Below are positions 20,196 through 30,749 of a stretch of 64,000 nucleotides of DNA, in pieces. Source of the DNA: Synergistales bacterium (GTDB taxonomy: Bacteria > Synergistota > Synergistia > Synergistales > JAFGMB01); NCBI GenBank assembly GCA_963666205.1, contig OY762654.1, positions 1,408,001 through 1,472,000 of the forward strand. The letters run 5' to 3'. A program made the translations under genes and the position numbers. Under the pieces are notes generated by a model, which ran no database searches, was not told the DNA's origin, and saw only the letters and a program-made list of their open reading frames with translations. The stretch's first letter is position 1. Every line of letters begins with the position of its first letter.

Positions 20196-21143
20196 TCAAT
20201 AAAGGTTACATGCAACCTCATGTCCCGGTGAAACTTCTTTCAGAGGTGGGATGCATTCCGTGCATTGTTTCATGCAGGATTGACACCTTGTGTGGAAAAG
20301 GCAGCCCGAGGGCGGATTAATAGGACTGGGAACATTCCCTTCAAGGATAATTCTGTCTCTATTCCTCCTATGAAGTTTAGGAACGGGGATCGCCGAAAGC
20401 AGTGCCTTTGTGTAGGGGTGGAGAGGGTTCCTGAATAACTCCGAACTGGCAGCTATCTCGACGATTTTCCCAAGGTACATTACCGCTACCCTGTCACTTA
20501 TATGTTTGACCACTGACAGATCGTGGGATATGAAAAGATAGGTCAATCCAAAGCTGGACTGCAATTCCTGAAGAAGATTAAGGATCTGGGCCTGTATAGA
20601 GACGTCAAGAGCTGATACTGGTTCATCGCAGACTATAAAACTGGGTTCGAGGGCCAGAGCCCTGGCAATACCAACCCTCTGTCTTCTGCCTCCATCGAGT
20701 TCATGGGGATACTTGTTATACAGCCTGGAGCTCAGTCCTACTTTATCCATTAGCAGGTCGACCTTATCTTCAATTTCTTTTTTTGTTCCCAGATGGTGTA
20801 CCTTGAAAGGTTTTGCTATTATCTGGGAAACACTTTTTCTTGGATCTATGGAAGAATATGGATCCTGAAAGATTATCTGCATATCCTGTCTGAGCTTCTT
20901 CAATTCTCCGCTGGATAAACTGTTTATGTCCACACCGTTGAAAAGGACTTTCCCCTCTGTGGCATCTATCAGCCTGATCACAACACGGCCGGTTGTTGAT
21001 TTTCCGCATCCGGACTCTCCCACCAGGCCAAGGGTTTCTCCCTTCTTAATGGAAAAATTGATATCGTCAACAGCCCTGACATTTCCTTTATGGGTAGGAA
21101 AATATTTTTTCAGATTCTGTACTGAAAGGAGAGTATCAGCCAT
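20196..21143 (-). CDS. oppF: Oligopeptide/dipeptide ABC transporter ATP-binding protein
   Basis: GESGCGKS, YPHELDGG, DEPVSALD, C-terminal Cys-rich HPY domain. Confidence 0.9.
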   Translation of the reverse strand: MADTLLSVQNLKKYFPTHKGNVRAVDDINFSIKKGETLGLVGESGCGKSTTGRVVIRLIDATEGKVLFNGVDINSLSSGELKKLRQDMQIIFQDPYSSIDPRKSVSQIIAKPFKVHHLGTKKEIEDKVDLLMDKVGLSSRLYNKYPHELDGGRRQRVGIARALALEPSFIVCDEPVSALDVSIQAQILNLLQELQSSFGLTYLFISHDLSVVKHISDRVAVMYLGKIVEIAASSELFRNPLHPYTKALLSAIPVPKLHRRNRDRIILEGNVPSPINPPSGCLFHTRCQSCMKQCTECIPPLKEVSPGHEVACNLY

Positions 21144-22119
21144 TGATCATTTCCCCCTTCTCATTGTAAAGATGACATATAACCTGCTGCCCTTCCCTGA
21201 TCCTTACGCAGGGTTTCTCTTTTCTGCAGACAGGCATGGCTTTGGGACATCTCGGCTCAAAACAGCAGCCATGGGGAAGATTTATAGGATCAGGCATAAG
21301 ACCTTCGATGGGATTGATCGTACTGTCTTCAGATTCGATATCCGGTGTACATTTGAAAAGAGCCTCAGTATAGGGATGCATCGGATTTTCAAATACCTGT
21401 TCCAGGGTTCCCTGTTCAAGTATCTCTCCTGCATACATAACGGCGACCTTATCGCAGATCTCGGAAACTACACCAAGATCATGGGTGATCATTATCATAG
21501 CTGTATCCAGCTCATCTTTAAGATCATTCATCAACCTCAGGACCTGGGCCTGGATAGTAACATCCAGGGCAGTGGTCGGTTCATCTGCCAGGATAAGGGA
21601 AGGCCTGCAGACCAGGGCCATAGCTATTCCAACCCTCTGTCTCATACCGCCACTGAACTCGTGGGGATAATTCTCCATCCTTCCGGAAGGGATCTGGACC
21701 ATTTCAAGCATCTTGCGAGCCTGATCCACAGCTTCCTCTTTAGTAGCCTTCGTATGAGCCTGAATGACTTCTGTCAGCTGTGTCACCACTGGTACTACCG
21801 GGTTCAGAGAGGTCATGGGGTCCTGGAATATCATAGATATTTTATTGCCCCTCAGTTTTTTCATTTCCCTTTCAGGAAAATCCAGGATATCCTGGCCCTG
21901 GAAAATGATCTTTCCAGCCTTTATTTTTCCGGGAGGTTTGGGGATAAGATTCAGTATAGAAAGGGCAGTTGTAGTCTTTCCTGCACCGCTTTCACCTACA
22001 AGACCAAGGGTCTCCCTGGAGTTAAGAGAGAAACTGATCCCGTTAACGGCCTTTACGGTTCCTTCAAAAGATTCATATATAACTTCCAGATCTTTAACTT
22101 CAAGAATAGAATCCGACAT
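21136..22119 (-). CDS. oppD: Oligopeptide/dipeptide ABC transporter ATP-binding protein
   Basis: GESGAGKT, YPHEFSGGMRQR, DEPTTALD, HPYT. Confidence 0.9.
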   Translation of the reverse strand: MSDSILEVKDLEVIYESFEGTVKAVNGISFSLNSRETLGLVGESGAGKTTTALSILNLIPKPPGKIKAGKIIFQGQDILDFPEREMKKLRGNKISMIFQDPMTSLNPVVPVVTQLTEVIQAHTKATKEEAVDQARKMLEMVQIPSGRMENYPHEFSGGMRQRVGIAMALVCRPSLILADEPTTALDVTIQAQVLRLMNDLKDELDTAMIMITHDLGVVSEICDKVAVMYAGEILEQGTLEQVFENPMHPYTEALFKCTPDIESEDSTINPIEGLMPDPINLPHGCCFEPRCPKAMPVCRKEKPCVRIREGQQVICHLYNEKGEMING

Positions 22120-22140
22120 GATAGGGTACGGCCTCCTACA

Positions 22141-23034
22141 TTATTGTCTTAACTTTGGATCCAGGGCATCTCGCAAACCATCCCCCAGCATGTTCAACGC
22201 AATAACCACTATTACAATCGCTAACCCCGGGAAAATAGTGATATGAGGAGCATTCCTGAGGAACTGCCGCCCGGCACTGAGCATGGCCCCCCATTCAGGT
22301 GTGGGAGGCTGTATCCCCATCCCCAGAAAGCTGAGGGTCGCAGCTGAAAGGATCGCCTTGGCAACGCCCAATGTACTCTGGACAATGATGGGTGCCATAC
22401 AATTAGGGATAAGGGTTTCCACAATTATGGAAAAGTTCCCGGTTCCCAAAGCCCTTGCAGCTTCAACATATTCCTGTTCCCTGACTGAAAGGGCAGAAGC
22501 TCTCACCACCCTGGCGTAACGGGGCAGAATGCTTATCCCGACCGCTATCATTACGTTAGTCAGATTCGTACCGAAAACGCTCACTATGGCGAGGGCCAGG
22601 ATTATCTGGGGAATTGCCAGGAATACATCCATGATCCTCATGATAAGATTATCCAGTCTTCCACCATAAAAACCTGAGATCCCTCCGATAAGACCTCCGA
22701 AGATAGCTCCGATACCAACCGCAATAAAACCTACATATAGTGAAACTCGACTTCCAAAAATGATCCTGCTGAAAATATCCCGACCGAAATTATCCGTTCC
22801 CAGCCAATGCAGGGAAGAGGGTGGTTCCAGCCTGTGTTTTATATCCATCTGGACAGGATCGAAAGGTGCAATAAGGGGCGCAAAAACTGCACAGATAACA
22901 AGGATGACAAGGACTGTAAGTCCAACCATGGCCATCCTGTTCTGTTTCAGCCTTCTCCATACCTCTGCCCACAGGCTCTGTCTTTTACCTCTGCCAGTAT
23001 CTTCCTTTGAATTTATCACACTGAACATCAGCAT
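22141..23034 (-). CDS. oppC: Oligopeptide ABC transporter permease
   Basis: HWLGTDNFGRD, YVEAARALG, PPTPEWG. Confidence 0.9.
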   Translation of the reverse strand: MLMFSVINSKEDTGRGKRQSLWAEVWRRLKQNRMAMVGLTVLVILVICAVFAPLIAPFDPVQMDIKHRLEPPSSLHWLGTDNFGRDIFSRIIFGSRVSLYVGFIAVGIGAIFGGLIGGISGFYGGRLDNLIMRIMDVFLAIPQIILALAIVSVFGTNLTNVMIAVGISILPRYARVVRASALSVREQEYVEAARALGTGNFSIIVETLIPNCMAPIIVQSTLGVAKAILSAATLSFLGMGIQPPTPEWGAMLSAGRQFLRNAPHITIFPGLAIVIVVIALNMLGDGLRDALDPKLRQ

Positions 23035-23049
23035 TCCCTCGTCTCCTGA

Positions 23050-23976
23050 CTAGTGATACTGCGCCTTGATCCTGGGATCAAGGAAAGCATAAAGAATATC
23101 TACGATCAGGTTTACTAATCCGACTCCCAATGCAAAGATGAGTATCCCACCCTGAACTACGGGATAATCCTGGGAACGAATGGCATCTACAAGCAATCTG
23201 CCCACCCCCGGGTAGGAAAAGACCGTTTCTGTCACAACGACTCCGCCCAGAGAATGTCCAAAATAAAGACCGGCTATTGTTACAACAGGGATAAGGGCAT
23301 TTCTTATGATGTGTCTGAAGAGGACTATCCTGTCCGGCAGTCCCTTTGCCCTTGCTGTTCTCACGTAGTCCTGGCGGATAACCTCAAGCATGCTTGATCT
23401 GCTCATTCTTGCTATTACCGCAATTGTCTGAATGGCAAGACCGAATGCAGGAAGCACCAGGTTTTTCCAGCTTCCATATCCGGATGACGGCAATATGGGA
23501 AAGATAACAGCAAATAAAAGCATTAACATCAGGCCCGCCCAGAAATTGGGCACGGAAAATCCGAAGAGGGCCAGGAAACTGCTTATGTAGTCTGTCAATG
23601 TGTTCTGTTTCAGGGCCGCAATTACCCCCAGGGGAAACCCTATCAGTACTGAAAGGAGTATTGCTGTTACCGCAAGGGTAAGAGTGGCCGGGAATCTGCT
23701 TTTGATCTCCTCAAAAACCGGAGTATTCGTCCTCAAAGATCTTCCGAAGTCCCCCTTGAGGGCATTGGTCAGAAAACGGAAATACTGGACATGAACAGGA
23801 TCATTCAATCCGAGATTCTCCCGCAGCTGCAGAATGTCTTCCTGGGAAGCCGTGGGACCTAACATGACCTCGGCAGGATCACCCGGGGCAAGTCTCATTA
23901 TCCCGAAAATAAGAATAGACACTCCCAGCAGGACTGGTATCAACATGAGTATTCGTTTAAAAATATATTTGAGCAT
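23050..23976 (-). CDS. oppB: Oligopeptide ABC transporter permease
   Basis: PGDPA, GDFGRS, DYVRTARAKG, LDPRI. Confidence 0.9.
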   Translation of the reverse strand: MLKYIFKRILMLIPVLLGVSILIFGIMRLAPGDPAEVMLGPTASQEDILQLRENLGLNDPVHVQYFRFLTNALKGDFGRSLRTNTPVFEEIKSRFPATLTLAVTAILLSVLIGFPLGVIAALKQNTLTDYISSFLALFGFSVPNFWAGLMLMLLFAVIFPILPSSGYGSWKNLVLPAFGLAIQTIAVIARMSRSSMLEVIRQDYVRTARAKGLPDRIVLFRHIIRNALIPVVTIAGLYFGHSLGGVVVTETVFSYPGVGRLLVDAIRSQDYPVVQGGILIFALGVGLVNLIVDILYAFLDPRIKAQYH

Positions 23977-24108
23977 AATATCGATCCCCTATGGCAAATA
24001 TTCTTTACTTCGTTCCGGGGTGTTCTTCCGATCTGAATTGATATTTAGAAGGGTACGGGTTCGCAGAAGATAATTCTTCTTTTCCGCAAACCCGTACTTT
24101 TTTAATTT

Positions 24109-25620
24109 TTATTTCTCTATGGAAACGCTGTAGAGAGGATTGATGTTATTAGGATACTGGACGTATCCCGAAACATTTTTCTTGCTGGCTGACATGAATT
24201 TAGGTACTGCTATAAAGATATCAGGTGCCTCTTCGAGAAGTTTCGCCTGTATCTCTTTGTAGACCTCTTTTCTGGCATCGATACCAACGGTTGTTCTACC
24301 CTTTACCAGAAGCTGGTCGGTTTCCTCATTACTGTAAAATTCCCTGTTGGAAGCCTGGATACCGGAACTGTGGAAACGGGGGAAAAGCCCTCCATCAGCA
24401 TCTCCAGTTCCTGTCCAGCCAAGGACGAACATGGCTTTTGAACCCTTTTTGGTGGCGCTGAGGAATGATCCCCATTCCATTATCTTGATCTCGGCGTTGA
24501 TTCCGACCTGAGCGAGATAAGCCTGAACAAGCTCGCATACACTCTTTCTTTCAGTTCTTGGATCAGTCCAGAGCTCGCAGCTGAATCCATCAGGGAATCC
24601 AGCTTCCTTCATCAGTTGAACTGCCTTGTCAGGATCATAGGGATAGGCTGGTTTGAGAGAACGGTCAAAACCCCAGATGCTGGGGGAAAGGACACCGAAG
24701 GAAGGATCTGCCTTGCCAAAAAATACGGCATCAATTACAGCCTGTTTGTCCACGGCATAATTCATAGCCTGCCTGAGTTTCTGATTATCAAAGGGAGGAT
24801 GGGTCAGGTCCATACCGATATAAAGGGTGGACTGCCCGACTGTTTCATGGATATCAAGACCCTTCTGTGCACTGAGACGATCAAATTCCTGGGGGGGAAG
24901 GTTGTACATGATATCTATGCCGCCAGATTCAAGCTCTATTACTCTTGTAGCATCTTCCGGGATCGCCCTGTAGACGATCTGATCCACCTTTGAAGCACCT
25001 TCAAAATAATCAGGGAATTTTTTCAGGATCACTTTATCCCCATAATGTCGACTTTCAAACATAAAGGGTCCTGTGCCTACCGGGTTCTTTGCATAATCCT
25101 CACCTGCACCCTCAACAGCCTTCCTGTTGAGTATGGCCATCTCATATCTGGCCAGGTTGCTGAGCAAAGGAGCAAAGGCATTTTTAGTTACAATTTTAAC
25201 TGTGTACTTATCAGTAGCTTCGACATTATCAACTTCCTTGAGAAGCCAGGCTCCGGGTGCATTCATATCCGGGGATAAAAGTCTCTGGATCGAAAAGACA
25301 ACATCGGAAGCGGTCAGTTCTTCTCCGTTATGGAATTTTACACCCTTGCGAAGATGGAACAACCAGGTCTTCTCATCCGGGTTTTCCCAGGATTCAGCAA
25401 GATCATTCTCTATCTCGATCTTGTCATTTATCTTCACGAGATAGTTGTACACCTGCTTCATAACGTTTGCTGAATAGACATCATTAGCCTTATGGGGATC
25501 AAGGGTCGTGATATCTGCCACCTGGGCTACTGTCAGGACCTTTTCCGCTGCGATAGCCTGACTCACACCTGCAAGACATAACGCTACTACCAGTACAAGT
25601 AAAGCAACTTTTCTCATCAC
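24109..25620 (-). CDS. oppA: Family 5 peptide ABC transporter substrate-binding protein
   Basis: Signal peptide, LAESWE, LRKGVKFHNG, GTGPF, RQAMNYAVD. Confidence 0.9.
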   Translation of the reverse strand: MMRKVALLVLVVALCLAGVSQAIAAEKVLTVAQVADITTLDPHKANDVYSANVMKQVYNYLVKINDKIEIENDLAESWENPDEKTWLFHLRKGVKFHNGEELTASDVVFSIQRLLSPDMNAPGAWLLKEVDNVEATDKYTVKIVTKNAFAPLLSNLARYEMAILNRKAVEGAGEDYAKNPVGTGPFMFESRHYGDKVILKKFPDYFEGASKVDQIVYRAIPEDATRVIELESGGIDIMYNLPPQEFDRLSAQKGLDIHETVGQSTLYIGMDLTHPPFDNQKLRQAMNYAVDKQAVIDAVFFGKADPSFGVLSPSIWGFDRSLKPAYPYDPDKAVQLMKEAGFPDGFSCELWTDPRTERKSVCELVQAYLAQVGINAEIKIMEWGSFLSATKKGSKAMFVLGWTGTGDADGGLFPRFHSSGIQASNREFYSNEETDQLLVKGRTTVGIDARKEVYKEIQAKLLEEAPDIFIAVPKFMSASKKNVSGYVQYPNNINPLYSVSIEK

Positions 25621-25658
25621 ATATCCTCCTCCATTCTCTTATCTGGGTTTAACAGGGT

Positions 25659-26741
25659 CTATAAAACAACAAGTTCCTTGTCTGCAAAGGTGAGGACCTC
25701 ACAACCATTTTCAGTTATAACAACGTCATCTTCGATCCTTATCCCGCCAATACCTGGAAGATATATTCCCGGTTCTATGGTAACTACTGAATTCACCGGC
25801 AGAAACTCTCCATTATTGAAATTGACATTCGGAAATTCATGGAGTTCGAGACCGATACCATGACCAGTAGAATGGGTAAAATATTGTCCATACCCCTTTG
25901 AAGATATATATTCTCTTACTTTTCTGTCCAATTCTCTTCCAGTCACTTTATTATTCGCTGTACTGATACCGATCTCATTCGCTTCATATACGATCCTGTA
26001 TATCCCGGCAAGTCTTTCATCGACAGGCCCAACTGCAACGGTCCTTGTGATATCACTGAAATAACCTTTATAAACAGCACCAAAATCAATGGTTATGAAA
26101 TCTCCATTTGTGATGACCTTATCTGAAAAAACACCGTGGGGACGCTGTCCCCTTGTACCTGAAGCAACGACAAAATGTCCCTTGGAGAGTTGCTCTGCTC
26201 CATATTTTCTGATCCTGTAAGACAGTTCTGCAGCAAGATCTGCTTCAGTTATTCCAGGCTTGATCAGAGGATAGAGATCATTGAAAGCTTTGGATGCTAT
26301 TTCGCATGATTTTCTGATAAGAGATAATTCTGATTCACTTTTAACTGAACGGAGGGACTTGAAATAGTTCGAATAACCTCTCATTTCAAGCCCTAGTGAT
26401 TGAAGCTTAATAAATTTATCCACAGTAAGCCTGTCTTTTTCAAAACCAGCAATTTCAACTTTGTGTTCCTGAATTAATTTTTCGATGTGAGGCCATGGAT
26501 CGCGATCTGCAATTCTTTCGACGGTGAAATCTGACTCTTCTTCCGCCTGGACAAAATATCTTGAATCCACTATCAGAAAATTTTCCTCAGATGTAAGAAG
26601 GACCACTGCTACAGACCCGGTGAATCCGCTTAAATATTGAATAGTCGGCCTGTTATCGTACTCCTGGGAAAAGAGTATGAAACCATCCAGACCATCTGGA
26701 TCCCAAAGGGAATCAATTCTCTCCATAATCCTGGAATTCAT
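25659..26741 (-). CDS. Xaa-Pro peptidase (M24B family)
   Basis: YLSGFTGS, DFGA...SDITRT, HSTGHGIGLELHE, EPGIY, RIEDD. Confidence 0.92.
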   Translation of the reverse strand: MNSRIMERIDSLWDPDGLDGFILFSQEYDNRPTIQYLSGFTGSVAVVLLTSEENFLIVDSRYFVQAEEESDFTVERIADRDPWPHIEKLIQEHKVEIAGFEKDRLTVDKFIKLQSLGLEMRGYSNYFKSLRSVKSESELSLIRKSCEIASKAFNDLYPLIKPGITEADLAAELSYRIRKYGAEQLSKGHFVVASGTRGQRPHGVFSDKVITNGDFITIDFGAVYKGYFSDITRTVAVGPVDERLAGIYRIVYEANEIGISTANNKVTGRELDRKVREYISSKGYGQYFTHSTGHGIGLELHEFPNVNFNNGEFLPVNSVVTIEPGIYLPGIGGIRIEDDVVITENGCEVLTFADKELVVL

Positions 26742-27268
26742 AATTACCTCCTGCAGCAGAACACTAGATTATCTATTTTCTATATAACATAATACTAACT
26801 TTATGTAAATAAATTTTGACTATTTATTATATTTTGTTTGGAATAAGCTCTATTTAGTTTTACATAGTGCAAGTCAAAAGGTCATTTGACCGGTTTCAAT
26901 TGAGGTAGTTAGCAATTTGACACAATAAATTTCCAATAGTGATGCAAATTATCATATTTTATGTAAAAAGATGAAATAAGCCCTGATATTCTTATTCAGG
27001 GACCTTCAGGTGGTCAGAATATGAGAATTTCCTAAAAAAATATTTCCTGCAGAAAAACCAGATCTTTCATAAGGATAAAGGTCGTCTCCCTGGCATGTTT
27101 TCATACCATGGATAATCCCCGCAGTTTTCAAGAATCATAAATTGAAGATCTGAGAAGCTGATTAGCAGGCCTTCATGATTTCCCTGCCAGGATTACCATT
27201 GAAGAATATGCTATAATTTTTTCTGATGAATCTTTACCTATTTTATCAATCAGAGAGGTGGAAGAGCA

Positions 27269-28081
27269 ATGGAGAGATTTACAAGAAAACATTATTTTGG
27301 CAGGCTTCTGATACTGAGCCTCCTCATTATGGTCATAGCCATTGCTTCAGCGGCTCCGACCGTTGGAACAGAAACATCAAGGCTGGATACCATCATGGAA
27401 ATGGGTGTCCTCAAGGTAGGTACCACGGGGGACTATAAGCCCTTCACATATTTCGATAAGGAAAAAGGCGAATTCGAGGGTATAGACATTGATATGGCCA
27501 AGTCCCTTGCGGCAGCCCTTGGGGTGAAACTGGAACTGGTTCAGACCACATGGAAAAATATCGTCACAGACCTGGTTGAAGGAAAATACGACGTGGCCAT
27601 GGGAGGAATATCCAAAAGGCTTTCAAGGCAGACCAGCGTTTTCTTCACCATTCCCTATCTCGAAACTGGAAAGGCACCCATAACCCTGAAAGAGAATGCG
27701 GAAAAATTCCAGACCCTCGACCAGATCGACCAGGAAGGCGTCAGGGTAATTGTTAACCCCGGAGGAACCAACGAGAGCTTCGCCAGGGCAAACCTTAAAA
27801 AAGCCACCATAGTGGTTCATGAGGATAACGTAACCATTTTCGACCAGATCATCCAGGGCAAGGCAGATCTTATGATGACAGATGCTGTGGAAACACTGGT
27901 ACAGGAAAAACTGCACCCCGAACTCAAGGCCGTAAACCCGGACAAACCATTCACATTCACCGAATTCGGCTACATGCTTCCCCGGGGAGACTCCGTGTTC
28001 AAGGAATGGGTCGACCTGTGGCTCCATACCGCTCTGAAAACCGGAGAATACCAGAAATATTTTGACAGCCGGGTAAGATAG
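27269..28081 (+). CDS. pheC: Exported cyclohexadienyl dehydratase (PheC-like, SBP family 3 fold)
   Basis: Signal peptide ending ASA; GTTGDYKPF, GKAP, VNPGGTNE, DNVTIF, MMTDAVE, as in Pseudomonas PheC. Confidence 0.78.
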   Translation: MERFTRKHYFGRLLILSLLIMVIAIASAAPTVGTETSRLDTIMEMGVLKVGTTGDYKPFTYFDKEKGEFEGIDIDMAKSLAAALGVKLELVQTTWKNIVTDLVEGKYDVAMGGISKRLSRQTSVFFTIPYLETGKAPITLKENAEKFQTLDQIDQEGVRVIVNPGGTNESFARANLKKATIVVHEDNVTIFDQIIQGKADLMMTDAVETLVQEKLHPELKAVNPDKPFTFTEFGYMLPRGDSVFKEWVDLWLHTALKTGEYQKYFDSRVR

Positions 28082-28104
28082 TCTCCTCTTCTTCAGGCAA
28101 TCAT

Positions 28105-28136
28105 AAGGCCATTTCAGAAGTTTCTGAAATGGCCTT
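28105..28136. terminator. Hairpin terminator between convergent genes
   Basis: AAGGCCATTTCAGAA..TTCTGAAATGGCCTT. Confidence 0.7.
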
Positions 28137-28197
28137 GCTTTTATGTATATCTGACGAACTGACCAGCATTGTCCGGACAATTTCAACCTGCCGGGTT

Positions 28198-28491
28198 CTA
28201 GGGTATAGAATCTATGATGTTCCGGTATTCGTCTTCGGTAAAGATCCTTGAAGTCCTGCTTCGTATGGCTCCGCCCTTGCCAACGTGCAGCCAGAGGGAT
28301 GCCATTATCTGGTCATCCGGACATTCGCTTATGACTATCATGTCGTATTCGCCTGTAGAGAGATAAAATTCCTTTATTTCGGACCCGTGTTTTTTGAAAA
28401 GCTCCTTTGCCTTGTCCAGCCGCATGTAGCTCTCCTGGACTTCGGTGATACCTTTATGGGTCCATTTGATCAGGGAAATATAGAGAGGCAT
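28198..28491 (-). CDS. GYD domain-containing protein
   Basis: MPLYISLIKWT.KG, GEYD motif, 97 aa; AGGAGG SD. Confidence 0.85.
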   Translation of the reverse strand: MPLYISLIKWTHKGITEVQESYMRLDKAKELFKKHGSEIKEFYLSTGEYDMIVISECPDDQIMASLWLHVGKGGAIRSRTSRIFTEDEYRNIIDSIP

Positions 28492-29208
28492 ATTCGGACC
28501 TCCTTTCCTCGATATTATTACGGAAGAACGAATAGATTAATTCAGGAACAGGATCAAGAATGGTTAAGGGAATGGGAACATAAATACAAAATAGCGTTAT
28601 TTATACAGCCCTTTAATACCTCGACACATCCTGTTTGTCAAGGTGTTGTTTTATCCTTTTAGCATGGCAGTGAATGAGGCAATAATAAATAGAGTCCCAT
28701 ATAGAAATAGGGGCTTTTCCACTGGTTCACCTGGGCATTACAGGTCTGCTCTCTCTCCTGAAATCGTCGCGGGGTTGGTAAAACAGGATAATAGCAAGTT
28801 ATAATCACATTTACAGGATTATGGATAATTACGCAAAAACCTCTCGGGAAAAATATTCAGCCTTCAGTTTTATGCGGGGAAACCAGCAAAACAATGAACC
28901 TTTCATTTATATGAAGAATAATGTCTCCTTACCTATTTTCAATTGAGCTGTAAAAGATTTATTATGGTAACTGCATCCCGGATCTTCAGCAGTTTGAGGG
29001 CTGGAAAACGGGAACAGGATCATGCAGACCGGGTAGGAAAAAACCTTATAATCGGCTTTTCCAGGACCTCTCGGTTCCAGTTATACCAGGTAATGGCAGA
29101 AATTTTTTTAATGTTGAAAATTTTATGTTTTTACCTATTGCTTTTACGCTATAAAACATGTAATATTCGCTAGCTTTTAAAAATTCCTTTTAAGGAGGAA
29201 CGGGTGAT

Positions 29209-30444
29209 ATGGTTCAGCTTGACGGATACAACTTTGACCTTGAAAGATTCATGTCCAGAGAGGATTTCGACAGGATAAAGGAGTTCGCTTCCGATAAGCA
29301 GACTCCCTTTCTGGTGTTGGACCTGGAAAAGGTGGGAGAAAAATACGATGCACTCACTACTGCCTTTCCATTTTCCAAGGTTTATTATGCCATCAAGGCC
29401 AATCCCCACGACGAAGTTCTTAAACTCCTTGCCGCACGGGGTTCCTGCTTTGACTTCGCCTCTCCTTATGAACTGGACCAGATAATGGGTCTTGGAGTAA
29501 CTCCTGACAGGCTGAGTTACGGAAACACCATCAAGAAGGCCAAAGACATCGCCTACGCCTACAGCAGAGGTGTAAGGCTTTTTGCAACAGACTCCGAGAA
29601 CGATCTCAGAAAAATCGCTGAAAATGCACCCGGATCAAAGGTGTTCTTTAGGCTTCTGACTGACGGTAGCGGCGCAGACTGGCCTCTTTCAAGAAAGTTC
29701 GGAGCCCACCAGGACGTTATAATAAGCCTCATCGATCTGGCTTCAAAGCTTGATGTGGAACCCTATGGAGTATCCTTCCATGTAGGATCACAGCAGAGAG
29801 ATATCGGCCAGTGGGACAACGCCATTTCTTCATGCTGGTATATTTTCGACTGGGCCAGAGAAATGGGAATCGAGCTCAAGATGATAAACATGGGGGGAGG
29901 ATTCCCTGCCATGTACCAGGATCCCAATCTCGACTTCGAGGTATACCGTACGGAGATAACCCGATTCCTCAAGGACGACTTCGGAGATAACTTCCCTGAA
30001 ATAATAATTGAGCCCGGAAGATCCATGGTCGGTGATGCTGGAGTGCTTGTCTCTGAAGTGGTCCTCATATCCAAAAAAGCCGAATATAACCAGTATGTAT
30101 GGGTCTACCTGGATGCCGGAAAATTCGGAGGGCTCATAGAAACCCTGGATGAGGCCATCAAATATCCCATATTCGTGGACAAGGAAGGCCAGGCTCTTGA
30201 GGCCATTCTTGCAGGACCGACCTGCGACAGCATGGATATACTTTATGAAAACTTCAAATACACCGTTCCCGACACCATGGAAGAGGGAGACAGGATGTTT
30301 TTCTTTACCACAGGAGCTTATACCACGAGCTACTGTTCTATAAACTTCAACGGATTTCCTCCGCTGAAGGCTTATATTCTTCCGCAAAGGACAGAAAGTG
30401 AGAAGAAAAAGGAAGTCTATCAGACTGGAAATCTTTTTGAATAA
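29209..30444 (+). CDS. Fold-type III PLP-dependent ornithine/lysine decarboxylase
   Basis: YYAIKANP, FDFAS, KFG, SFHVGSQ, MGGGF, EPGR, GPTCDSMD, GAYT. Confidence 0.92.
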   Translation: MVQLDGYNFDLERFMSREDFDRIKEFASDKQTPFLVLDLEKVGEKYDALTTAFPFSKVYYAIKANPHDEVLKLLAARGSCFDFASPYELDQIMGLGVTPDRLSYGNTIKKAKDIAYAYSRGVRLFATDSENDLRKIAENAPGSKVFFRLLTDGSGADWPLSRKFGAHQDVIISLIDLASKLDVEPYGVSFHVGSQQRDIGQWDNAISSCWYIFDWAREMGIELKMINMGGGFPAMYQDPNLDFEVYRTEITRFLKDDFGDNFPEIIIEPGRSMVGDAGVLVSEVVLISKKAEYNQYVWVYLDAGKFGGLIETLDEAIKYPIFVDKEGQALEAILAGPTCDSMDILYENFKYTVPDTMEEGDRMFFFTTGAYTTSYCSINFNGFPPLKAYILPQRTESEKKKEVYQTGNLFE

Positions 30445-30476
30445 CCAGTCTTACCGCGAAGTCGCAAAGGACTCAA

Positions 30477-30715
30477 ATCCGCCAAAAACCACTGAATAAA
30501 ACCGGGGACGGGCGGACTTTCAGCACGGGTCCGGAAGGTAGATAAATAGGCCAGTATGCCGGCTGTGCAAAATGGTAGACAAGATTTTGCATGAGAAAAC
30601 ATTGGACCTGTTTGATGGGCTAAAGCCCATCAAACAGGTTTTGACTGTGATTTTTAATCCAAAGTCTAAAATCCGCAATCCAAAATCGGCATGTGGCAAA
30701 TCAAGACCTGACCCC
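30477..30715 (+). repeat. Repeat-rich intergenic block (TCCGCC...GGCGGAC hairpin, AATCCGC/AATCCAA heptad runs, AGACCTGACCCC end)
   Basis: Shares segments with 43710-43862, 1975-1992 and 9622-9633. Confidence 0.7.
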
Positions 30716-30749
30716 CCAATTATTTTACTCTCTAAGGCTCATGACACTG

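Noticed and set aside
20926-22152. 408-aa plus-strand ORF
   Set aside because: Antisense shadow of oppD/oppF; no protein-like motifs
24049-24105. Hairpins after SBP genes (also 48573-48600 and 63712-63745) as attenuators
   Set aside because: Ordinary intra-operon stabilisers or partial terminators; no leader ORFs
28500-29208. Riboswitch or leader upstream of the decarboxylase
   Set aside because: Long intergenic region, but I found no recognisable aptamer, terminator or biased leader ORF
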